IMG/VR virus record: IMGVR_UViG_3300025637_000052
Location: 1 to 26,238 of that record
Strand: one strand, 5' to 3'
DNA length: 26,238 nucleotides
Source of the DNA: a virus
Lineage: Duplodnaviria; Caudoviricetes
The notes under the pieces are model-generated. The model saw only the letters and a list, made by a program, of their open reading frames with translations, was not told the origin of the DNA and made no database searches. This document shows positions 1 to 8,052 of this stretch, one piece after another (the stretch's first letter is position 1; each line of letters starts with the position of its first letter). A program made the position numbers and the translations under genes.

Positions 1-84
1 ATAATCTTTTTTTAATATTTCAACTTTTTTCCCATATCCTAAAACATCGGAAAACTCTAATCTGTATTTTACGCCGTATGCCAT
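1..84 (-). CDS. 5' part of the gene downstream of the tape measure (likely tail-tip/structural protein), truncated by the window edge
   Basis: ATG at 84 opens MAYGVKYRLEFSDVLGYGKKVEILKKDY, open to position 1, 9 nt after the TMP stop. Confidence 0.6.
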   Translation of the reverse strand, partial: MAYGVKYRLEFSDVLGYGKKVEILKKDY

Positions 85-93
85 TCTTTTTTT

Positions 94-2283
94 TTAGTAA
101 ACCCTTACCGCAGTTTCGTTTGCTCTTTCTATTGCAATCAATAAATCTTGTCCATCAACTCTAACCTCTCCCGTTACGTTTATGTTTCCACCTCCTCTAC
201 TTTCTCCAATCATACCTTGCAACTTGTTCAATGGCGCTATAACCTCAGGATTTTGTCTTGCACCAGGATACTCTCCAACCAATCCCATTGTTGGGCCGCT
301 TACAATTCCACCATTTGCAAAAGCAGTTGCTCTACCACCACCTGAGCCAATTTTTGATGCTCCAGCTTTAAATAAAGATCCCAAAGCAACCAAAGCAATA
401 CCCGCAGCGATAGCAACCCCAGGCGCTAAAGATTTAAAAGCAATTTGTATTTTCTTTAACGTTATACCAATACCAATAGCTAATTTACCCAATTGCATTG
501 CCATACTTCCAATAGTTCCTAAAATAACTTTTGATAATTTACCAGCTAAGTTACCTCCTCCGGTAATTGCGCTACCTAATGCAGCTCCAATTCCTGACGC
601 AATATTTTGTAAACCTCCGTTAATAATTTGTCCGGCTCTTTGATTAAATACCTCCGCTTGTTGTAGCGCTAATAGTCTATTTTCTGCTAAAACCGCTTGT
701 TGTTCCGCCATAACAGTTGGGAGCCTTTCGGTATCGGCTGCAATCATATCGCTTATAGGCGTTTGAATTCCCGCACCGCTTACTCCTTCCGTTGCAGTTG
801 TTGCCATCGGTCTTGTTGGAACGCCACCATTTCCGCCACTTACACCACTTGGAGTAACTCCACCTTCACTTGTTCCGGCACCACTTACCGCCATTTCAAC
901 CGGAACAACTATTTTTGCGATTGTTTTTTGTTGTAACGCTTCATTGAAATTATCTACAACAGAACTACCTAATATTGAGGCGTCTGTTTTAATAGATTCA
1001 AATGCGCTTGTGACGTTGTTTTTTAATCCATCTGCTAAGTCTGTAAACCCTTGTACAATTTTATCTTTATCAAAGGTAAAAATGCCCATAATAATATCGC
1101 CAATGCCCTTAAATAAAGTCATAAAGTTTTTTGCAAAGGTTTTTATTATTGTAGAGAAAGTAGAAAAAACAAACTTTCCAACGGCTAACATATTTTTAAA
1201 ATTCATTATTAACGAATCAACCGCTAATTGAATAGGCAATGAATTGTTGTACAATTCTATAAAATAGTTTCCTATTTTTACTAAAGCGGATTTTATACCC
1301 GCCCAATTTTTATAAATTACAACTGATATTGCAGTTAATCCGGCAACTATTAAACCAATCGGCCCCATCATAACAGATAATGCTGTTCCAATAGCCGGTG
1401 CCATTGTCATAAGTGTTCCCAAAATATAAATTACCGGGCCTAAAGCCGCAGCGATACCCGCAAATACTACTATTAGTTTTTTTGTTGTTGGACTTAATTC
1501 TGCAAATTTTTGCAGTAAGCCGTTTGCAAATGATACTAATTTAGTAAATACTGGCAATATAACTTGACCAAACTTCGCAGATAATTCTTTTAAAGACTCT
1601 TGGAATATTCTCATTTGATTTGCAGCACCCCCGCTTGTTCTACCAAAATCGCCTTGAGCGTTTGAAGTTGATTCCATTATAAATTTATAACGTAACGCAA
1701 CTTTTTGCGCTTGTGTCATTGTTTTGATATTGGCGTTCATACCTCTTTCCATTGCAAAACTCTCTAAATTTGTCTGAGTCATAACAATACCCAACCTTTT
1801 TAAAGATTCGGTTTCTCCGGTAAAAACTCCCGCTAATGCAGTTGTCGCTTGGTCAATTCCTATGTTTTTAAAAGATGCTAAATCTCCGGCTAAACCAACC
1901 AAAGATGTACTCATATCAGATGCAGCGCTTTGATTTAATCCCATTGAGGTAGCCATATCTCCAAATAAAGCAGCCATATCTAAAGCACTACCTTCTGCAA
2001 TACCAAATTGTTTTAATGTAGTTTTTGCAAAGTCTTTTACTTCTTGTTTAGATTCGCCAAAGGCAACATCTACTTTGTTCATTGATTCTTGGAAATCACT
2101 TGCAAACTTTACTGCTGCGCCACCGGCAACGGCTAAAGGCAAAGTCAATCTAGTTGATAGCGACTTCCCAACGCTTTGCATCTTTGAGCCAAAATTTGAT
2201 AATTTAGAACTCGCAGAACTTAGCGCATTTTTTAACTTGGAAGAATCTCCGGTAATATTTATTTTTAAATTCTGTTCGGCCAT
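94..2283 (-). CDS. Tail tape measure protein (second tail module), about 729 aa
   Basis: Ala/Gly-rich helical protein with TMP-typical segments (GKSLSTRLTLPLAVAGGAAVKFASDFQESMNKV; FTGETESLKRLGIV; C-terminal FANGGIVSGPTMGLVGEYPGARQNPEVIAPL). Follows tube and chaperone genes. Start moved to ATG 2283 (MAEQNLKINITGD). Confidence 0.92.
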   Translation of the reverse strand: MAEQNLKINITGDSSKLKNALSSASSKLSNFGSKMQSVGKSLSTRLTLPLAVAGGAAVKFASDFQESMNKVDVAFGESKQEVKDFAKTTLKQFGIAEGSALDMAALFGDMATSMGLNQSAASDMSTSLVGLAGDLASFKNIGIDQATTALAGVFTGETESLKRLGIVMTQTNLESFAMERGMNANIKTMTQAQKVALRYKFIMESTSNAQGDFGRTSGGAANQMRIFQESLKELSAKFGQVILPVFTKLVSFANGLLQKFAELSPTTKKLIVVFAGIAAALGPVIYILGTLMTMAPAIGTALSVMMGPIGLIVAGLTAISVVIYKNWAGIKSALVKIGNYFIELYNNSLPIQLAVDSLIMNFKNMLAVGKFVFSTFSTIIKTFAKNFMTLFKGIGDIIMGIFTFDKDKIVQGFTDLADGLKNNVTSAFESIKTDASILGSSVVDNFNEALQQKTIAKIVVPVEMAVSGAGTSEGGVTPSGVSGGNGGVPTRPMATTATEGVSGAGIQTPISDMIAADTERLPTVMAEQQAVLAENRLLALQQAEVFNQRAGQIINGGLQNIASGIGAALGSAITGGGNLAGKLSKVILGTIGSMAMQLGKLAIGIGITLKKIQIAFKSLAPGVAIAAGIALVALGSLFKAGASKIGSGGGRATAFANGGIVSGPTMGLVGEYPGARQNPEVIAPLNKLQGMIGESRGGGNINVTGEVRVDGQDLLIAIERANETAVRVY

Positions 2284-2302
2284 AGTATTAAATAAGTTGA
2301 AA

Positions 2303-2310
2303 CAAAAATA
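2303..2310 (-). promoter_or_regulatory. Possible Bacteroidetes -7 promoter element TATTTTTG upstream of the TMP
   Basis: Matches TAnnTTTG, 19 nt upstream of ATG 2283. No clear -33 TTTG. Confidence 0.35.
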
Positions 2311-2311
2311 C

Positions 2312-2345
2312 AAAAAAAAAGACGCTTTTATTTTAACGTCTTTTT
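2312..2345 (-). terminator. Intrinsic terminator-like hairpin between the chaperone extension and the TMP
   Basis: Minus strand AAAAAGACGTT-AAAATAAA-AGCGTC followed by T9. Confidence 0.5.
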
Positions 2346-2684
2346 ATTAGTCATTGATTGATATTTTGCCATAAAAGAATTCATTTGTTCTTTAGTAGAT
2401 TTAGGCTCTGCCCTTTTCTTTTTTCTTGCAATATCGCTTGGTAATTTAAATAAATCTTCAGGCTTTAACATCTGAGATTTTTTCTCACATTGGACATTGT
2501 GAATCATTACGGCAATGTAACGAGTTTGCTCCCAATTTAGATTGATATTGTTGTGATAGTGTTGAGCAATTAAAGCATTTTCCCTCCAAGTTTGCCGCCA
2601 AAAATCGTCAGGCTTTATTCCAACTAATCCAATATAGTGATCAGTTAAACTTTCAAAATTTATTGTTTCTTTGACGGCTGACGC
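2328..2684 (-). CDS. gpT-like -1 frameshift extension of the tail assembly chaperone (not in the ORF track)
   Basis: Open -1 frame after GGGAAAG (2684-2690): ASAVKETINFESLTDHYIGLVGIKPDDFWRQTWRENAL...KKTLK, stop at 2330-2328. The GxxPxxFWxxTxxE motif is typical of gpT-like chaperone extensions. Confidence 0.85.
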   Translation of the reverse strand, partial: ASAVKETINFESLTDHYIGLVGIKPDDFWRQTWRENALIAQHYHNNINLNWEQTRYIAVMIHNVQCEKKSQMLKPEDLFKLPSDIARKKKRAEPKSTKEQMNSFMAKYQSMTNKKTLK

Positions 2685-3037
2685 TTTCCCTTGGTTTCAG
2701 TTTCGCCATTTAAACTATTACCTAGAATTTTAGATTGTAACATTACCTCAACAATCTCATTAATTTTTTCGGCGTCTAATTCATCTAACCAAGCGCCAAC
2801 AGTAAATAAATTATAATCTATTTCGTTACCTTTTTCTTGGTCGTTTGCTAAGATTGCTGAATAAACTAAGGCTCTTAATCCTTTTATTGATATTCCGTTT
2901 TGAAATGCTCCGCCAATATCGGCTAAACTGATTCCTAATTGCTCGGTAAATTCCGACCAAAAGTTCATTGAAAAATGTAGAGTTCTGTTTTTGTTACCAA
3001 CTTTGATGTCAATGTAACCCCTTTTTTTGTTTGTCAT
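2660..3037 (-). CDS. Tail assembly chaperone (gpG-like), 125 aa
   Basis: Lies between tail tube and TMP and ends with Gly-Lys encoded by G GGA AAG. Confidence 0.85.
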   Translation of the reverse strand: MTNKKRGYIDIKVGNKNRTLHFSMNFWSEFTEQLGISLADIGGAFQNGISIKGLRALVYSAILANDQEKGNEIDYNLFTVGAWLDELDAEKINEIVEVMLQSKILGNSLNGETETKGKRQPSKKQ

Positions 3038-3060
3038 TTTTTAAGGTTTAAAATTAATAT

Positions 3061-3089
3061 AAAAAAAGCCGTCGCCAAATAATGACGGC
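3061..3089 (-). terminator. Intrinsic terminator after the tail tube gene
   Basis: GCCGTC/GACGGC stem followed by T7 on the minus strand. Confidence 0.75.
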
Positions 3090-3116
3090 GGCCTATATGA
3101 TAAAAACTAATTATTA

Positions 3117-3524
3117 TTAGTTAGTTGATTTTGTGATTGCTCCAGTGATAGTTAAAGATCCGCTATAAGTTACGGCAGCTTCCATCTCAGCAGACATTTC
3201 TACACTTGATAAAAATGCTTCAGCAGTATAAACTGCATCTCCAGTTTCAGCAGTTCCAAATACGCAAGTTAATTGAGTTCTAGCTAAAAGAAAATCAGCC
3301 ATTTCAATAGCATTTGACGCATCGTCATATACTACTAATCCCTCGAAAGAAATTTCTCCACCTTTTACGCCTCCAATATACTCAGAAAAGCCGTTTGAAT
3401 CTTTAGTTGTAGCTTCCGGCGTGTCCATTGATAAAGACATTGAACAACTTGTAGTGTGTCCAACCGTGGCACCTTCCACTGTTAAAATTAAGTTAGTTCC
3501 GTTAAATACTCCGGTTGTAGCCAT
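3117..3524 (-). CDS. Major tail (tube) protein, TP901-1/Phage_tail_2-like, 135 aa
   Basis: VGHTTSCSMSLSMDTPEATTKDSNGFSEYIGGVKGGEISFEGL and TYSGSLTITG patterns. Followed by terminator, chaperone and TMP. Confidence 0.88.
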   Translation of the reverse strand: MATTGVFNGTNLILTVEGATVGHTTSCSMSLSMDTPEATTKDSNGFSEYIGGVKGGEISFEGLVVYDDASNAIEMADFLLARTQLTCVFGTAETGDAVYTAEAFLSSVEMSAEMEAAVTYSGSLTITGAITKSTN

Positions 3525-3594
3525 TTATGTAATTTTTATTGTTATTAATTTTGTGTAAATATACGAAAATATTTATTTATGAAAATAGTTCAAT

Positions 3595-3918
3595 TTATTG
3601 TCCTATTATTTTATTTATCATTGCTTGTATCTCCTTTGGGTCTACATTTAAACTCATTGATAAACCACCTTGCCATACCCTTTTAAGTTTATTATTTTCA
3701 TCAAACAATATTATAGCCGGAACAGATTTTACTTGTTGTTTAAACTTCTTTGGTTGGTCATCATAATTAACTTTTAAAACCCTTACGTTTTTAAGTGTGC
3801 TTAAATGTTTATAGTCATTGCTTTTATTCCAACTTGAATTAACATATAATAAAGTAACTTTTTGAGAATATAGATTTACAGAAAATAAAAGTGATATTAC
3901 AAGTAAAAAAGTTTTCAT
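3595..3918 (-). CDS. Secreted thioredoxin-like-fold protein lacking CxxC, 107 aa
   Basis: Signal peptide MKTFLLVISLLFSVNLYSQ. LYVNSSWN sits where WCxxC would be, VKSVPAIILF resembles the cis-Pro strand, and there are no cysteines. Confidence 0.55.
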   Translation of the reverse strand: MKTFLLVISLLFSVNLYSQKVTLLYVNSSWNKSNDYKHLSTLKNVRVLKVNYDDQPKKFKQQVKSVPAIILFDENNKLKRVWQGGLSMSLNVDPKEIQAMINKIIGQ

Positions 3919-3920
3919 AA

Positions 3921-4202
3921 TTATTTTTTTATTATTTGAAATAGTTTCTCATCTATTTTATCTAGCTTTTCACTATTCTTATTTACCTTTTCATTAATGT
4001 TTATTATCGTTGTACGAACTAACTCATCTTTTAATTCATACTCTGATTTCTTTATTTCTGGCTCTGGTAATTGCTTTGCAAGTTCTATATCTGATTGTAA
4101 AGCGAAATAAACAGATGCTATGGAAACTGCACCAGTAACAATAATACCAATAGTTTTTAAGTCTAGTTGTACTTGTGTATCTTCTGATATTTTATTAGCC
4201 AT
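3921..4202 (-). CDS. Single-TM plus coiled-coil small protein (possibly lysis-associated), 93 aa
   Basis: TM segment TIGIIVTGAVSIASVYFAL, then a heptad-like tail. Confidence 0.55.
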   Translation of the reverse strand: MANKISEDTQVQLDLKTIGIIVTGAVSIASVYFALQSDIELAKQLPEPEIKKSEYELKDELVRTTIININEKVNKNSEKLDKIDEKLFQIIKK

Positions 4203-4350
4203 TTTTATTTTGTTTACTCATATTAATAATTTTCATAATTGTGTACACAATAGATACTAAAAGTAAAGTTAATTTCAGCCATTGTTCTATGTTGGAAAAA
4301 CTAACCATAAAGGTTATTAAGTTTAAAGCACCCAATTTAATATCTTGCAT
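4195..4350 (-). CDS. Putative holin-like membrane protein, 51 aa (not in the ORF track)
   Basis: MQDIKLGALNLITFMVSFSNIEQWLKLTLLLVSIVYTIMKIINMSKQNKNG: two hydrophobic segments and a basic tail. Overlaps the next start. Confidence 0.55.
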   Translation of the reverse strand: MQDIKLGALNLITFMVSFSNIEQWLKLTLLLVSIVYTIMKIINMSKQNKNG

Positions 4351-4360
4351 ATCCACGTTA

Positions 4361-4762
4361 TTAGATTTTGTGTGATTCGTAGTTCAATCCAAAGAAAGAA
4401 TGTACACCATTACCTTCAACATCAACTGCGTAAGATTTCCAACCATAAGGATGGTCAACTGATGTCACTTCTGGTGTTACTACCATACCATCTTCATCTA
4501 AAACTGCTTCTTCTTCTATTGTAGTAATATCTGCATCGTTCCAACATACGTCAATATGCCAACCTTCTGATAATACTGGAGCAGTAGTTTCTTCTCCTTC
4601 TTCGTCATATTCTCCTTGTTCAAGAACAATATTTCCTAGTTGTACAATGGTACTTTTGTGAGTTGGATATTCGTTTCCATCTTCATCAGTTGCAGTTCCA
4701 AGAGCATCAATTTTACTTTGTGCTTGTTCTCTTGAATCAAATTCGTATTTTGCTATTCTCAT
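4361..4762 (-). CDS. Acidic hypothetical protein downstream of the fibres (possible fibre chaperone/accessory), 133 aa
   Basis: ORF track. Very acidic, located directly after the LamG-type genes. Confidence 0.6.
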   Translation of the reverse strand: MRIAKYEFDSREQAQSKIDALGTATDEDGNEYPTHKSTIVQLGNIVLEQGEYDEEGEETTAPVLSEGWHIDVCWNDADITTIEEEAVLDEDGMVVTPEVTSVDHPYGWKSYAVDVEGNGVHSFFGLNYESHKI

Positions 4763-4897
4763 TACTTATTTATTTTAACTTTTGGTTATAACTATTAGTT
4801 ATTATATTATCTGTATAGTTTTTTTAATTTTCTTATCTTATTGTATTCCTTATGTAAAGATTTACTCTTGTTGTTATTATAGGTGTAATTGTTACAC

Positions 4898-6520
4898 TTA
4901 ACTTGTTAATGCTTGTAATTCGCTATCGGTTAATGCTGTGTTATATACTTTTAAATCTTTAACGTTTCCGTAAAAGTATTGAGATGTGGTTGTAGTTGCT
5001 CCTGTTAAGTTTAGTCTGTTTAATACATTTGCATTAAAAGTAGTAAAACTTGAATCTACACCTATTTCAACCCCATTAACCCACAAAGCAACATCATTTG
5101 TTTTCCATTTAACTGCTACCTTTAAAAAGTTTGATGATATAGATGCAGAGGTTTTTGTTATCTCAGCAAAAGAACCACTTGCAGACCTAACAAAACAACC
5201 CACTTTGTCTGTATCTTGAAATCTTAATAAAATTCTGTTGGAATCTGTTCCGTCACTTAAAGAAATGTACCTATTACCTCCTGTTTCATTTAATGCTTTT
5301 ATCTCTGCATACAATACTCCCTCTGTTGAATTTATTACTTGGTCATTAGCACCATTATTACAAACATCAGCCAACCTTGTTACTGTACTCCCTTGTGTTG
5401 GTATGTACGAAGTAGCGTATGAGCCTTCTTCTAATTGTGCTCCGTAGATGTAAAAACCACTCGTTCCATCTCCTTGATATGAATTACTACTACTATTATC
5501 TAATGTTCTAATTGCTACATTTGTTCCAGTTTGCCCGACTAATGCTAATGATGTAAAATCACATCTCCACCAACCATTATCTAATTCCGTCATTGAACCT
5601 AAACCGCCATATTGGTTACTCACAACCCCTGTTGATAAATCAAAGTCAGCACCATTCTGAAACCCACCACCAACATAATTATAAGTTTGTATTACATTTC
5701 TTTCGCCTTTTTTTGCAAAAAACGAATAAGATAAAGTCGCACCAGATGTAACCCCAATGGAAATTTTATAAATAATGTGTTCTCCATTATTCGTACCCTC
5801 AACTAACTTATAAGCATTAGTAGTTCCATCGGGCGATGTAAAACCTTGTACTTCTTTTACTGATACGTTGTCTATTGAGCCTGTGAAAGCTGAAATACCG
5901 TCAAAAATTAATTGTTCGTCCCCTAACGCTTCTATGTACTCTGTGTATGTTCCATTAGCACTTCTTGTTGTACCTACAGAAACATTAGCACTTCCCAATT
6001 CTATTCTAACAGAGCCGCTAACGTAGTTTGATATAGTGTAAACTACTTGATACATCTTGCCTGCTACCAAGCCTGTGTTAAGTTGAGTAACTGATGTAGT
6101 CGTTGAGGAACCGTTAAGAGAACCTCCACTAATAGACCAACCCGTTCCTTTAATCCAATCACTATCTGTTGCAAAATCTCCATTAACTATTAACTCACTA
6201 CCCGCAGTACTTGGGTCTCCTTGAATACTAGCACCACCCTTTGTCCAATAAGTATTAGGAAAGTCTTCTGAATAAGTTATTAGATTTGTTCTTTGTGGCT
6301 CAAGTTTTAAAGCACCTTGTGTATTACCTAAAAAATCTATTCTAGGTATTCCATTGCCTACTGTTTCTATTAACCCTGCTTTGTTTACAACAGTTGCGTT
6401 ACTTGCTCTTGTGAATGTAAAGGGCAGAGGTTTGTAGTTGTCATTCTCGTCATTGTAGGCTAAGGTACTACCTTCTTTTGTTGCCCATTGTCCTGCTCCG
6501 AATTTTAAAGTATTTGCCAT
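4898..6520 (-). CDS. LamG/concanavalin-A-like tail fibre or receptor-binding protein, 540 aa
   Basis: FTFTRASNATVVN, LEPQRTNLIT, QLEEGSYATSYIPT and a C-terminal LamG-like end (KVYNTALTDSELQAL). Internal ELIVNGDFATDSDW...IDNVSVKEV module. Confidence 0.8.
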   Translation of the reverse strand: MANTLKFGAGQWATKEGSTLAYNDENDNYKPLPFTFTRASNATVVNKAGLIETVGNGIPRIDFLGNTQGALKLEPQRTNLITYSEDFPNTYWTKGGASIQGDPSTAGSELIVNGDFATDSDWIKGTGWSISGGSLNGSSTTTSVTQLNTGLVAGKMYQVVYTISNYVSGSVRIELGSANVSVGTTRSANGTYTEYIEALGDEQLIFDGISAFTGSIDNVSVKEVQGFTSPDGTTNAYKLVEGTNNGEHIIYKISIGVTSGATLSYSFFAKKGERNVIQTYNYVGGGFQNGADFDLSTGVVSNQYGGLGSMTELDNGWWRCDFTSLALVGQTGTNVAIRTLDNSSSNSYQGDGTSGFYIYGAQLEEGSYATSYIPTQGSTVTRLADVCNNGANDQVINSTEGVLYAEIKALNETGGNRYISLSDGTDSNRILLRFQDTDKVGCFVRSASGSFAEITKTSASISSNFLKVAVKWKTNDVALWVNGVEIGVDSSFTTFNANVLNRLNLTGATTTTSQYFYGNVKDLKVYNTALTDSELQALTS

Positions 6521-6522
6521 AT

Positions 6523-7755
6523 CTATATTATTGAATATTGTTGTCCGTTAGCCATATCTGAAAAAGATGTCCAAGAACTGATTTTTTCTAGTTCGCTATC
6601 TGTTAATGCTGAATTGTAGTATTGTATTTGTTTAGTTTTTCCGTAGAAAGGAAATGTTGAACCATCACTATTTGCAAAATTTAATCTATCTAATGTGTTT
6701 TCTGATGGAACAATACCATTTGTATCAGTATCAACCTCAAATCCATTTACCCATAAAGAGTAATCGTTTTGTTTATATTTAATAAGAACCTTATTATTGT
6801 CTAAAATACTATTAACCTCATAAGGTAAAGTTGCTTGTTCAACACCTCCAACAATTGCCAAAAGTCCTACTGTATTACTAACCCCAGCGACATATCTGAT
6901 TAAAATTCTATTATTAGCAGTTCCATCAGAAATAGAAATATATCTATAAGTCCCATCATCTACCAAAGCACTAATCTCTGCCATCAACACACCTTCTGAA
7001 TCATTAAACGTATCTGCATTACCTGCACCATTACAAGTTTCTGCATTACGAGTTACTGAACTTCCGTTAGTAGGGATGTAAGAAGTTGGGTAAGAACCTT
7101 GTTCTAGTTGTAATCCTGTTAAATAATATTCTTGACCTGCAACACTATCATCAGAAGTAAATCCAAATTCCAAACCTATAACAACAGTTGTAGATGAAGT
7201 AGAAAAAGTGCCATTTAATTCAATTCTTTGCCAACCTCCACTTAAAACTTCTTTTGTAGAAAAAATTTGAGAATAACTATCTCTCGCTAAAAACAACTCA
7301 AACTTTTGACCTGCTAACCCATTAACATAAATAGATATAGAAAATTCAGTAATTGATATAGAATTTGTAATTCTTGTATTAGCATCTGCACCACTTGTTA
7401 AAACAGTAAATTTAAAAGCAGTATTAGTTCCAAAAGGGTCAACAATATCTGCACTATTAGATTGCCTATTAACTTCTGATAAAGTACCTGTGAAAGTTTG
7501 GCTATCAGTAATTAAATTAGTTCTCTGTGGCTCTAATAATAAACTAGGGCAACCATTTACAACACCATCAATCAAAGGATATTCAAGTCTAGGAACATTA
7601 ATTGCCATTTCTTCTATTAACCCACTACTATTTACTCTTGTTGCAGTTGTCGCCCTTGTAAAGTCAAAGTCCCCAACTCCACTTTCAGGAAGTACACTAT
7701 AAACCTTACTCGCTTTATACCCTGATGGTATCATTGCTAAACTTGGTGTTGCCAT
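6523..7755 (-). CDS. LamG/concanavalin-A-like tail fibre or receptor-binding protein, paralogue, 410 aa
   Basis: Shares LEPQRTNLIT, QLEQGSYPTSYIPT, EGVLMAEISAL, RYISISDGT and ALTDSEL blocks with 4898-6520. Confidence 0.8.
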   Translation of the reverse strand: MATPSLAMIPSGYKASKVYSVLPESGVGDFDFTRATTATRVNSSGLIEEMAINVPRLEYPLIDGVVNGCPSLLLEPQRTNLITDSQTFTGTLSEVNRQSNSADIVDPFGTNTAFKFTVLTSGADANTRITNSISITEFSISIYVNGLAGQKFELFLARDSYSQIFSTKEVLSGGWQRIELNGTFSTSSTTVVIGLEFGFTSDDSVAGQEYYLTGLQLEQGSYPTSYIPTNGSSVTRNAETCNGAGNADTFNDSEGVLMAEISALVDDGTYRYISISDGTANNRILIRYVAGVSNTVGLLAIVGGVEQATLPYEVNSILDNNKVLIKYKQNDYSLWVNGFEVDTDTNGIVPSENTLDRLNFANSDGSTFPFYGKTKQIQYYNSALTDSELEKISSWTSFSDMANGQQYSII

Positions 7756-7799
7756 TTTTAAATATCTTTAATTATTTTTATTTTTATTATCACAGAATA

Positions 7800-7973
7800 T
7801 TAATTAAAATCTGCATTATTAACACATCCAATGGCTTCAATAGTACCACCATCTGCAATAACTCTAGCTTCATATTCTCTTGTCAAAGGATTATTGAAAT
7901 CATAATAGATGCTTCCCCATCCTACTCTTTCAGGACTTCCCCACCAACTTGTATAATAGATTTCATTTGCCAT
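7800..7973 (-). CDS. Small structural/adaptor protein, 57 aa (not in the ORF track)
   Basis: MANEIYYTSWWGSPERVGWGSIYYDFNNPLTREYEARVIADGGTIEAIGCVNNADFN. Carries a motif shared with two other proteins in the window. Confidence 0.75.
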   Translation of the reverse strand: MANEIYYTSWWGSPERVGWGSIYYDFNNPLTREYEARVIADGGTIEAIGCVNNADFN

Positions 7974-8052
7974 TGCTTACTTTTTTTTTGTTTTTTTTCT
8001 TTAGAAAAACTTTTAACTTTTCAATATTCTTTTTCTTAGGTTTGTACGTCAT
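7963..8052 (-). CDS. Lys-rich micro-ORF, 29 aa
   Basis: MTYKPKKKNIEKLKVFLKKKNKKKVSNGK. ATGA overlap with the upstream stop, and it overlaps the next start. Confidence 0.45.
   Translation of the reverse strand: MTYKPKKKNIEKLKVFLKKKNKKKVSNGK

Noticed and set aside
1686-1692. CGTTATA (minus strand) inside the TMP gene
   Set aside because: Within coding sequence (Arg-Tyr-Lys) and not associated with a credible gene start; probably chance.
4238-4251. Perfect 14-bp palindrome ATTGTGTACACAAT
   Set aside because: Single copy inside the holin-like ORF, with no supporting context.
4883-4900. Hairpin GTGTAA-CAA-TTACAC right after the fibre stop, considered as a readthrough signal
   Set aside because: The frame hits another TAA two codons later, so readthrough would add almost nothing.
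4898-7755. Possible diversity-generating retroelement target in the paired fibre genes
   Set aside because: No reverse transcriptase and no near-identical template/variable repeat pair differing only at adenines. The similarity is ordinary paralogy.
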